The position numbers and the translations under genes were made by a program. Positions 21,951-33,822 of a stretch of 64,000 bases of DNA are shown here, in pieces. Every line of letters starts with the position of its first letter. Positions within the stretch are counted from its first letter, which is position 1. The stretch lies in contig JAMWBK010000004.1 in the NCBI GenBank assembly GCA_029953675.1, positions 2,666,001 through 2,730,000 of the forward strand, in the 5' to 3' direction. Under the pieces are notes generated by a model, which ran no database searches, had not been told where the DNA came from, and was given only the letters and a program-made list of their open reading frames with translations. This stretch comes from Rhodosorus marinus CCMP1338 (lineage: Eukaryota; Plantae; Rhodophyta).

Positions 21951-23098
21951 GTGAGGAGAAAGGGTGGGGCGGGAGGGAGTGTTTGGACTATTTTTTTTTT
22001 TTCGCCATTTTAGTGGGCGAACTAAACGAAATTTTGGACGAGCATTCGTTTTTTTTTGAGGGTGGTGCGTTTCGAACTATTTGGAAACGTCAATTTTTGT
22101 TTTAGAAATTCTATTGTTTTTGATGATTTGGAAAGAAGGCTAAAATTACTGGTTTTGTGAGGAGTCAGTAAATCAGTAATTGGTTTTTATTATTATTATT
22201 ATTGAAAAAACTTGGGATTAGTGCTGCGTTGGAGGGTTTGTTTTTGGTTGCGTGGCGAGAGTTGCTGATTTATGCTTGATCTGCTGTTCCTTGCAGTGGG
22301 CTAGATCCTTCCACGTAAGCAGATTTTTTGCTCAAGGTAAGATGAATCAAAGAGAAAGCTGAAGTGGAGGGAATGAGAGGTTTTTTTTTCGCGGACTGTT
22401 CCCGATTGGAGCAGAACCCGGCCGCAACGGTGCAAGCAACTGCGGGCGATGAGAAATTGACTATTCCGCGGTTTGCTTAGGTGAGGAGGTCAGATTGATG
22501 CAGCGGGCGGCGCGCCCTTGGAGATCCGCCTGGGACGGTGTGTATCCAGTCACAGCTCTCAGCTCGCAGAAGTTTTAGGTGTTAGACGCAGCCTTTTGTG
22601 GCTGTTTTTTTTTTTTGTCTGTCATGTACGCCCTCTCACGTACGCAGAAACGCGCCGGAACTTGCTCTTCGGTTACTGATCAACTTGGGCTGGCTCAGAA
22701 GCAGCCGTCCAGTGAACCCGTTTTGGGAGAACCTGGGCAAGGATTTGCAGATTGTTTGTTTACATAGCGATTTTGAAAAATTCTTTATACCAATAAAAAT
22801 ACAGATATGAATCCGCTCGTTTGTCCTTCATTGTGTGATGTGGGGAGTTCTTCGCATTTCAGATGCGCTAGTGCTTCTTGTATGTTCGGCGCATCAATAC
22901 GTTTCATACGTCACGGTGTTGGTTGTACTCGGAAGATTTTGACCACGATGGATGGCGCCTGTCGGCCTGGACAGCAGAAAACTTGGTTTCAAAGTCTTAG
23001 TACAGTATTGATGCCATTCCTTCATAAACTTGGACACGGAGTAATCATGACCATACGTTTCTTCTCTTGTTGGCTGCTTGCTCCTCCTCGCGATTCAC

Positions 23099-25594
23099 TC
23101 AAACAGGGAGCTCCCCCTTGAGAAGACACAGCGCAATTCTCTTCCGCAGGAGGGGGATATCTTTTTGTCTGAATGAGTTAAGTGGTAAACTTCTTTCCAG
23201 ACAGTCCAAGTATACTGTTTGGAACACGCCGCAGCTACCAGCGTCACCCTATGGTTTAAGAGGCAGACCTGAGACCTCAAGTTTCATCACACGGGGACGC
23301 CTATGCACAGCTTACCTGCTTCGCAATCTTACGGTTGCTCACTTCCTTCCATCCATCCATCTTCAGCTTTTTAGCCGCCTCATCGCCGTGCTTGTCCTTC
23401 ACCTGTGTCACACGTTCGCCCAAGTCCAAACTCAGATCGAAGCAGACAGTTTTTTAGTTCTCGGCATTTTTGTTCAAACCTCATCAGAAACCCATTTCCG
23501 CAGGTTCTCCAGAACCCTCCCATAGTCTTTCCCATGCATAGAGTCCAGGTACACCAGAACCTTGTTCTTCATATCCACATACGCGCAGACCCAGTGCTTG
23601 TTACCCAAATTAACTGGGACAAGAACGAGATCCCTCTGAAGAATATCCACCTTGGCCTTCTTTGTCCATCTTCGTACGCTTTCGTAGTCATACTTGTCCC
23701 TTGCTACGACAACGACAAAACAGTTTTTCCGTTCATAAACGAAGCGCGGTTCCGTTCTGAGGTCTACTGCTGAGGAAAAGTGCGTCATCGTCGCATGCTT
23801 GTGTTTCTGGTGCTCTGGAACTTACCAGAGAACAACTTGGCGAAGAAGAACGTATTGAAGCAATGGACGCGCGGGTATCCGTTTCGCCTTGTGTTAGATT
23901 CGTATCGCTCCGAATTCCGTCTGTTTAGCATCGCAACGTAGCTGTTAATGATCTCATCGTGAAGCCATCGCTCTCCTTGTAGGCGGACGAAATCCTCTCT
24001 AGTCAGGGTAATGTTTGCTTCTTTGATCTGTGACAGTGGCCAACGAGGGGGTGGTGCATTGAATTCAGATGGATTTGTTCTACTCGAGCTCGCAACTTAT
24101 AATATTCTCTGAGCGTTAAGGATTTGTCACTTACCACGGACAGAACTTCATCCTTCGACGCCTTTGAGCTCATTGCTGTGGAAAGAACGCCCTTTTCGGA
24201 GTCCGAAAGTGGCGTTAACAAATCACTATCGATTGTGAGTGACTCAACTAGCTTCTCAAGGCCTGCAGATCCTCCATTAGGAGTGCTTTCACCCTCGACT
24301 TCGCTTCCATCTGTATGAGACGAGCAGGGAAAATTAAGGACTGGCACCCGCGGGTTGAGGCACGGTGATATGCGATGCAAAATCCTTACCTGACAGGATT
24401 ACTTCAGGAACATCCTCGGAGCTCATCTTCTTGATAGGTTCGTCTGAATCGATGCTAATTACTTCTATGGTTTTCCCGTTGCTCTCTATGTACTCAACGT
24501 TCATTGCACTTTGAGAATGGACTGCAGCCAGGCGAGTCGCGTATGCTCCCCTTGTCTGTTGTTCTCGGATCTTTGTCAGGACACTCTGGTTCGCCGGCGG
24601 AGGATTCCTTTGGCGGGTCTTTGGAGCACGAGCTTGCGGGCTCTTCAGTCCTGATTTCAACCGCGGTAATCCCAGGGGTCCTCTGGGTCCTCTGGGTCCT
24701 TTTGGAGCTCCGCTCAATGAGTTTTCGAGGGTTGCTCTACAGGGAGATGTAGACGAGAGAGGTGACTGCCAATGAGAGGATTGCAGTTCCCCTTTCTCCG
24801 ATATCTTCTTCGGTGAGACCTCAGGGCTCTGTTTGACCAGGAACTCCTTCAGGCTTTGGGTGCCTCTAGAAGTATTACTGCTTCTACGTATGGACTTCTT
24901 CTCAGCCGGTGAGGGGGGGGGAGAATACTCATCAATCTCTTCGCGTCGATTGACCCGTTTTGTCAGCTTGGTTAGTCTTGATTCAAACTTTCCCACTTTC
25001 CCTGGTTTCGAAAGGAGGGGACGCTGTTCGTCAGCTCGTTCGCGAGAGGATTCAGTGGTCCGCTATCAACGGGCTTACCTGGTGTACGCTCCGGGACGTG
25101 TCTAATGAGCATTCGCTGGCTCTTGGGTTTTCGTTGGGGTTCCTCTTTCAAGGCATCCTTCACCAACTTCTGTGCACTCTTCAATTCTAAAATGACCTCG
25201 TCTACTTTGCGCAATGTACAATCCCCCTGAACATTTGGAAGCCGGGACAAGTCCAGGCAAAACATTTAGTATACCATCTTTTTCCACCTCTTACACACTT
25301 CAAAAAACCCATTCTTACTTTTTCAGGTGTTTCTGAGGAAAAAATCCCCCTCGAGGGGCTCAGTCGACGACTTTTCGGGTTTACCGGAGTTACAAGCTCG
25401 ATATCGGCTATCTCTGCCGAAGAGTCGTCAGAGCCTCTCAAATCAACAACTTCAATTCCTTCTTCAGCTTTTCTCTTCGCTCCCAAGCCCGAAGGCCTGC
25501 TGGCATTGGAACTCTGCGAGCCTCGAACCGATTCCAACCTCTTACCCCAGGGGTAAAATGATGGACGTTTCAGGGGACTCGGCCGTTCCCTCAT
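23099..25594 (-). CDS. Ulp1/SENP-type SUMO protease (peptidase C48), multi-exon, long disordered N-terminus
   Basis: WLHDEIINSY, HCFNTFFF, YESVRRWT, VPVNLGNKHW (His), YLDSM (Asp), KQGDAGSCGVF (Gln, Cys). Confidence 0.92.
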
Positions 25595-26504
25595 AAAAAA
25601 AAGAAAATCAGAAATAAGACAAGCGAATTCTCCAAAACCCAGCTCTCATCTTCTCTCGTAACAAGATGGTCTCAACAAGGATCCATTCCTCATCCATTCC
25701 ATTCCATCTTTCACCTCCCCGAAGCACCACGTGCCTGTCCCATGTATGTCCCATCGCCAAAATTCTCTGCGGGACAGATAGTTGGACAGCTGTCACTGGG
25801 ACTTAGTTGTCAGCATGTCACTTCGTTCTCTTCCTTTCATCTGGAAGTCTTTAATCGGAACGGTGACAGTACTTCGCTCTACGGACTGATTATTCTTCCT
25901 TATCTTTGACGAAGATCTGCCTATGATCCTCAAGGCGCGTTTCACACATCTCGACCTTGAGCAGTTTGTAAAAAATATCTCGACCTCTCTGGCAAGGTAG
26001 ATGATCCAGATACGAAGCTACATTCTTGAATGCGATTGACAGTACATCGTACTTCTGAATTCCGGAGTTGGAAAAAGTTGACGGAGATCAGAGAAGATTC
26101 CTCCGCGCGCTGAAGAGAAGAGGAAGCAAAACGTGATCTCACACGCGGCGGACGTGAAAGATATACGTGCTACGGAGGCGCGCCATACGGTACGCGAAAA
26201 CCTCTTGGGCAAAGGAGTTTTCATCGTCCCTGAAGTTTTGAAAAAGTCGTTATCGAGAAGCGAAAGCCGGACCTTGGATACTCCCGAAAGGGTTAAGTAT
26301 CCAGTGAGAGTGAGTGAGTGAGTAAAATAAGGGCAACGGGAAATCATTGGGAGGATACAACGAGCTTTCCCCTTTCGTACATCCTCGTCGCGTCCCCAGG
26401 AATCGTTGGCTTGCGAAAGTATGATTACTGCGCGTGGGCGAACATAACGCCACTGAACTGGTTTCCGTCCCTCACTTGATACATAGATTTCTCCATTTTA
26501 GTAT

Positions 26505-28584
26505 TTACACGGGTCGAATGTAGAAGCAGTTCTCACTGGTTAGCTGGATGGCTACAACAAGAGACACAAGAAAAATAATAATCAACACGTTGCTGACTGT
26601 GGCAACAAATACGCTTCGCCCGGTGCTAAGGGCGTCCATCTTCTTCTCGATAACGGGTTCTGAGGCCATGGATCGGGTATTGAGTGATCTCCGCATTGAG
26701 CCAGCAGATCGCCTAAAGAGAAAACGGAGGGAGCCGAGGGAGCTTTAGAAGCAGTCGCGAAGGTACGCCACTTAGGCAGAAGAAAACTAGTCTCTGATAG
26801 ATAGTACCTTTGCTCAGAGCTCTCTGATTCGGCTCTGGATTGTTGAAGTGAGGAGAATTCCTCAGCCCTGACAGGTTCAAAGTTAAAGTTCTGTCGATCA
26901 GCCCATAGAAAGCAGCTAGCGTTAGTCCGCAGGTTTGCGAATGGGACCAAGTCGCTTACTTTATCCTGCTATACGAAGACAGCTCTTGCTTAACACTGAG
27001 CAGCTCGTCCTTGATTGATCTGGCGCTGTTTAAAAGCTCATCTCGGGACTCCTCCGAGTTATCCGCCACTATGGCCTATTTCACGGCAAACAGTGTCAAT
27101 GTCAGGGTGAGATAGATTGGGGTATGAGATGCTAGAACAATTATAGCAAACATACCGTAGTCGAAATCTTTGAGTTATCCAATCTCGAGCTGACATCAGA
27201 CATTGTGTTCGCACTACTCTGCTCTCCATCAACACGGGGGACGTTGTCGCCCATGTCTCCTAACCGCCCCCCACAGAGATCGAGCAGGATCTGCACGTCT
27301 TTCGGATCGATCCGATTAGCATCCAGTTCCAGTCTTGTAAGCTTGGGAAGCGCCATGCATATCCTGCAAATGTCCTCTGCAGTCGCCCCCGAGATTCCGT
27401 TGGCCGCTAAACTAACAACCTCCAGGTCAGGGTGAGTATCCGGGGACAACGCCTGAACCACCGTTAACGCTCCTAAGCATAGTACATTCAGACCCGCGAT
27501 AAGACAGGCGTTTCGCACAGTGGAATCTGTAGCATTCTCGCCCAAGCCTACCTCGTGATCCTATCGCATTTTCGTCGAGGAGCAAGGACCTCAACTTTTT
27601 GGATTTCCTCACACATTCAGCAATAGCTGAGCAACTCTTGGACGTTGCCTCGTTGGCAGACAAGTCCAGCACCTCGAGCACAGCCGAAGATGCTTCTAAT
27701 GCGTCGGCGACGCCAGAAATTCCTCTGTCTCGCAATGACGTTTCTCGCAAGTTCACAACACGGAGTTTCGTCTGATCACGGAGAGCTACCGCCAACGTTT
27801 CCCCACCCTCCTCTCCTAGTTGCCGGTATCGCCAAATATCTCGTAAGTGGAATGAAAATTGAAGGCATCTGCTGCAGGGCTACTCACCGAATATGTTGTC
27901 GCTGACATCCAAGTAAACCAACTTCTTTTTGCTCCGCAGCGCCTGCCCAAGTGCCATCGCACCGACGCGACCAATCCGGCAAGACGATACGACGAGCTCT
28001 TCAAGTGCCGGTGACGCATTGATAATATGGCTCAATTGCACAGCCCCGGCGCTCTCAAGGAGATTGTTCTGAAAGTGCAAGATTTCAAATTTTAAGGTTC
28101 CCCTGTATGTTTGCTTCAGAAATCTAGCCGCATCTTCGTTGAGCCCGTTGTTGTTCAAGTACAGCCTCCGCAGATTTGGTTTATCCAAAAGCAGCTTCCC
28201 GCAAGCCATCAGCCCATTTTCTCCAAGCGAATTGTTGCCGAGATCAATGTGAACTATGCTTCGCGAGGTAGCCAGCGCTCTAGAAAGGGCCATGAGCACT
28301 TCAAGCGCTACGTCATCCCGTTGGCCATCAGTAACGGCTCCAAAGTCAATTTCAGTAATTCCGACGGAGCCCCGACTTTCCAGTCGCATCACAAGACTGT
28401 TGAGAGCCGCCTCTGCCGCTTTTCCAGCATCCGCATTGAAACTCTTTCCGGAGAAGGAAATTTTCGTGAACAAAGGCCCATTATCCTTCCTCAATGGCGA
28501 AAGTGCTTCCACAGTCTTCATGCTATCCATCATCTCCTTTCCCCCGCCCAGGACGAAACGACGACTCCCAAAATCACCCGCCAT
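26505..28584 (-). CDS. RanGAP-like leucine-rich-repeat protein; C-terminus either ends at SSYSRIK* or is spliced to a TM tail
   Basis: Aligns by eye to plant RanGAP LRRs (KISFSGKSF, NNSLGENG, LHFQNN, SSCRIG, DNIFG, LSANE, LDEN, LDANRI, LGDMGDN). The 3' exons are less certain. Confidence 0.8.
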
Positions 28585-29737
28585 GACCCCGTCCCTGAAA
28601 ATGTGACCACCCAACTCCTCACCTCCCCCACCCTCACCAATCAACACCTCCGACAAACCACCACTCTTAAGCCGCTTAGCCAAACCACTACTCCGAGCTC
28701 GCTTTCCGCTCCAGGATCTTATGTACATCCCTAGCAAACCTCCTCACAATGCCATAGATCTTCAACCAAGCGAGAAAGAGACAAAAAATTTAAAAATTCA
28801 ACTTCCACAGACCACTAAATTGTGCATATTGATCATCTTTCAGTAATCCCTCTCCCTCTATACCAACACCTTACACATCCTCAATACCCTTCCTCACCCA
28901 ACCTCCCTTCCCAACCCACCCTCTCTGCATCCCCACCCTCGACGACCTCCCTTAAGGAACTTCCATTCTCACCATTCCGAAACTAGACGAAAACCTCAAA
29001 AACCCGCCTTTTTCCCAGATCAATCAAAATATAGGCTTATTTATATATATAAAACAACAATATGTTAAGTATCCTAATCGTCTTCTTCCAAGGGTAAATT
29101 ACGACGATAATTTAACCCGTGGTCATTATTGCAGATTTGTTTTCGTTTCCTCCATTTATGAAACTAATTAGGATGATATGTTGCGGTTGTTGGTTTGGGG
29201 GAAGAGGGGTGCAAAAAGGGGTTGCCTTTGGTTGGAATATTTTAAAAGGCGTCTCCCGGCTTTTTAATAGTACAAGGTTCGTAACGGACGGTTGTGTTAG
29301 TACGCGGTGAGGTTCGGAAGGGTGTGGATTGGATGGTGCGCCTGGTCAGGTTCATGATGTTGCTTGTCTGGTCGGTTTTACTAGGCACTATTAGATTCTT
29401 TACATGCGCCATTGTTTGAGGAAGTGCCCTCTGGTAGAACAACGCCACTGGTAGTTGTGCCCTTTAGTTTGCTAGTTCGGTCTGCGTTCCGCACGGTTTC
29501 ACCTCCTACCTTTCAAGAATGTACATCAGTCTGCATCTCATCTGTTCACGCTTGATGTTGTTCTTCACCTCTCTGCTTTGGCGGAGGCTTGGCGCTTTCG
29601 CCCTTCGGTGTGCGGAGAATCGGGCTAGTCGGTGGTCTTCACATATACGAGTCTTCAGGCTCCAGTTAAATTTTGTGTGAATCTCATTGGAGCGGCGAGG
29701 AGCACGAATTAACAGTCAAGCACAGTTATTAAATAAT

Positions 29738-31620
29738 TTATTTCTCGACTATAGTTAGTGCTTGTTCAACCACATGCAAAGCCATGAGCATGATGTTGAA
29801 GTTCCTCTCAGCTGTTTCTGCAAGCATCTCCACCTGACCCCCTGGTTGTGCAGATCCACTCCTAGCAGCTTGCATGTCACGTTCTGCAACAGTTATCAGC
29901 TTCCTAAGAATTCGTCGTACATCAAGCAACATCGACGTAATGGACTCCTGGAGGAGCTCCCAACGCCGGGCTTGACATTTATCCTCCCAGTTGCTTGACC
30001 TTATCAACAGGTAACGAGCGAGGTTCGCTGAAGCAATCACAGCGTTCATTTCTTCCGCGATCCCACTTCGAGGGGTAAAGCACCGGGGCAGCACGACAAA
30101 GACAGTCGTTGATGCGCCTAGGATCAACAGGTTTTGGTCCATAGTATTAAGCTCGTCTTTCATCGAGGATATCAGCAGGGACATGAACATATCATGATCA
30201 GTGCTCATTAGCAAATCTCTTAGAGTGCTCAATCGCGACATTGCGGATGTTCGAGACTGAATTATCAACTTCAAGGCATATAAGACGGCCTCTCGCTCAT
30301 GCTCAAGCGGACTGACGCAGGCTATCTTTCCAAGCACCTCCGCCAAGTCCGAGGTCATCAATCTGCAATACGGGGATCGTAACAAGCGATGGGAAGCCAT
30401 TAGTGGAACTGCCCCAAAGAAACATGTGCACGCCGGAGAGACTGCTCTGGTTTTTCCCACCTGTCCGTGGGAGTCCAATCCCAGCCACTATCATCCCACG
30501 AGATCTCCTTCGAATATAGCCAAGTGACCATTTGCACACCCCGTGAGCACATCGCCTGGGAAGGCTCCTTGACAAGCTTTTCAGCGAAAGGAAGGCCTCT
30601 CAGCAGAGTCTCACGGTCCGTCAGCACGCTAATAGAGGGCTCGAGCTCCTCCTCTCCGGACAATACAATCGCACCGTACGCTATACACGCGTTCTCGACA
30701 TTTTCTGGGCTTCCCTTGTCCCACGAGCTCACTCCAAGGCCAACGAGGTTGTCAAAAATGCTCTTCAGCATCAACTCAGACGCAGACTCCTCGTCTCCAT
30801 CAGAGGGAGAATATCTTGCACTCATTGCAGCCACGAAGGATTTCCTCGCCAAATGTTGCAAGTCACCAGACCTATTGTCTGAACACAGCTTTTGTAGGTC
30901 CGAGCAGAACTTGGTAATACTCGAACACACGGGAAGGAGCTGAGTGTATATGCCGAGAAGAGACTTGTTTCAGTAGAAGCTGTGATCCCACTGATCCTAC
31001 CGCGATCGACGCCGATTGAAGCCGTTTACCTGATCCGAAGAAGCTAGAGGCGCACTGGAAACTGTCTCATCTCCGATGAGCTTCATTGCATCGAAGAACA
31101 GATGGTGCTTTCGAGCTATTCGATGCATGATGATGGACATCAGCTCGAACACTTGGCGCGCAGTATGTATAGCGCAACGGTTGATCCCAGCTGCAGTGTA
31201 CGCCTCGCACAATGCAGTAAAAAATTCTTGTGGCACGGCGTTATTTGCCAGCCACAGTAAGAGCTTTTCGCATGATTCCTTAATGGAATGAAATCCTCGC
31301 TCCCCAGCAATCCAGAGGCCTGCTATCAGAAATGAGGTGCAGTCCAGAGCAACCTGCTCGGCGATCTTCTTCGACTCAGCAGGTTCCAACTCCGCAACCA
31401 ACAACCGCAGGAACTCCGCCGTATCATCGGGATCAGATCGACCAATGCCCTTGATACCGGATACTTTTCCGACGATAACGGCGTTCTTTTCCGCATGGCC
31501 GGTGCGGTGATGTCCAAGCCCACACAACGCATGCCCAAGATCGCTCACAAGCTCGGAACATTTTGACTTGAACTCCGGTTCGTCTGTCGCATCAAGTATC
31601 TCACCTACCTTTCCGGTCAT
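29738..31620 (-). CDS. ALF4/glomulin (Ybp1-like) family helical protein, multi-exon
   Basis: NAVPQEFFTALCEA resembles the ALF4/glomulin P(R/K)(D/E)xLxxLxE motif, VIASANLARYLLIR resembles the xxALNLxR(Y/F)L motif, and the C-terminal helix MALHVVEQAL fits. Confidence 0.65.
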
Positions 31621-33822
31621 TATTTTCTACGAAAAATTGTAATATCCTAAGCAACATGAACGCCACACCCAAGCGCGTTACCTCGTTTGATCCCACACGC
31701 GAGCTACAAAAGCGCTGGATACTGAAAATCCCGCTACGCTCATCATGGAATTACCAAAAACCCTAAGAAGCGTGGCACCATGATCTAGGGGGAGCTTGGA
31801 ATTATTTCAGAAACAAGAGCTGTTAAGGTAGGGCCATGGTCATATAGGCATATTCTAAGCCGAAAGTATCAAAATATAGGTCTCTAAAATCCGTAAATGA
31901 ACTCCTCGAATACCGGGCATGGCCTAGTGGCTCCCTGCAAGCGCATGGGGTGAATTAGTCTTGTTAGTAAATTTTCGTTTTAACGACGTCTACTGCAAAA
32001 CAGCTGAATGCTTTGACGGGATTGACCTCCCCGGTCTGACAGGATCTGACCCGGTTCGGCCAGGGTGGGATGATATCATTGTGATTAAACTTTGCTAAGT
32101 TCTCCTCCGCAGCCTCAGCTATAGCGCGTACCACACACCAGCGCGTCATAATTTCCGTTGCAGCTAAGGATCATCTACGTTGTAAACCTTCCGCTCTAAA
32201 AGGGATCACCCCGCCGTCTGAGAATTTGTCCCGGGATTTAGCAACCCCACCATCCAACGATCTATACATCCATCCATCCACCCGTGCAGCAATGGCGGGA
32301 TGACCACTCCAGAGCAAAAGGTCAACGTGTCACATATTGGAGCTCATGCCGTGGTCGGGATTTATAGAGGGGTCCACCGTTTCTGTTGAAAGTTGGGTAG
32401 TACACGGTTCGCGAGCTTGATCTCATCGCCTCAGTTGATTGAACAGAAACTAGGAGCTCTGTAGACCCTCAACACAAAACACTCCAATTGGCGAGGGGAT
32501 AGCGGAAACGGATAATGTATACTCTGGAGGGGAGGTGCATCGCTAGCAGTAGTCCTACTGGCCGAGAAGGTTGCATTCAGCGTACGTACATCTGCTTGTC
32601 GTTATGAAGTCCACTGACGAACGCTTGGGTTTCTGTGTAGCTGGGACCGTCTTTCTTATTTAGAAATTCACGGTCTCCACAAGCAGACTCAACGTTCATG
32701 GCGTAGGCATGACAAATCAAGCCGCCGCGGGTCTTGATTAGTGATTGGCGCCTCGAAAATCTGTTCTTTGTTGACAGCCTACCGAAGCCCAAGCGTGTCA
32801 CCCAAAGCCTTTTCCACTCACACTGTATACGATAACTCAGTCCACATTTGTTTCTTCCGTTCACCCCCTTTGCACACGAGTGCGCAGGTTTTTTATTTTC
32901 TAGAAAAGTAATTATGAAATATGTGTAAATCGGTTCCACCCTTTGCAAGAACTGAAGAATCTTGCATATATCGTCTATCTCGCGTCAACCTCCCTTGACT
33001 TTCCCACTTCACTAAAAAGCGGGCATAATTCCCAACCCCTTTTATCACCACGCGAAATGTAATGAAAAACAACCAGCCAATAGTCGAATTACCTGCAAAT
33101 GGTGATTGAGTTGGGGCTGTTAGAGCGCGTCAAAACGCTATTTATTAAAGTGCCAAAATAGAACTCAAAAAAACCTGCACATTGGATTTTTATTTCATAA
33201 AACAATAAATAACTTTTATTACGTCTCTTCGTTATCTTTTTGACCTTTCTTAATACTTTTGGTGACGATTCGTATTTTGATAGATTCTTACTGGCCAGAT
33301 CCAAGTGACATTAGCCGGTGGCAGCGAATGACAATTATGACCGTAAAAGTTTTTATAAGTTGAGATTCTTTCGAATGGGGAAAGGGGGTGGGAATTGTTG
33401 GTGTTATGAAGCGCGACTTCATGAGGCCGTTAAGCTTGTGTGCTATTGAGGGATGGCTTTGTTGGGAGGAGACTTGTTTGTTGCATAGAGTTTCGGAGAA
33501 GCTCAAGAGTCGAAGGGGACAAGAGGATAGGTTTTAAGACGGTGCGAGGCGGGATTCTCTGTTGAGTGAGAGTGCTGATCAGATCATTTGCGGCGGGTGG
33601 TTGTTCTAGTTTTGTTTTGGTTTTGTGGGTGGGAGGGGAGGATGTAGGGTTTAGTGAACATGGTTTTGTGGCTTTGTTGAGCGTGTTTGTTTTGGTAGAG
33701 CTGAGGCTTGGATGTGTTCGAGATCTCCTTTTGTTGTAGTGGTTTGAGGGACTGCAGGGAATAGGGCTTAATTCTTGTGGCTGGGTAGGTTTTCGTATGG
33801 TTCAGAAATCCCTGGCGAAAGG

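Noticed and set aside
24972-25080. Apparent frameshift in Ulp1
   Set aside because: Resolved by a phase-1 intron (gtaagc...gaaaccag).
25815-26450. Possible small gene between Ulp1 and RanGAP
   Set aside because: No consistent spliced frame could be built on either strand.
23099-28584. Functional clustering of the SUMO protease and RanGAP (both nuclear-pore associated)
   Set aside because: Adjacency in a gene-dense genome is expected by chance; there is no evidence of co-regulation without synteny data.
28111-28734. 207-aa plus-strand ORF (likewise 2177-2620, 7043-7805, 13475-13978, 39902-40525)
   Set aside because: Antisense or alternative-frame shadows of well-supported genes.
33089-33304. 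SYLLFYE motif suggesting a USP protease fragment
   Set aside because: An isolated short match in AT-rich DNA with no other USP motifs.
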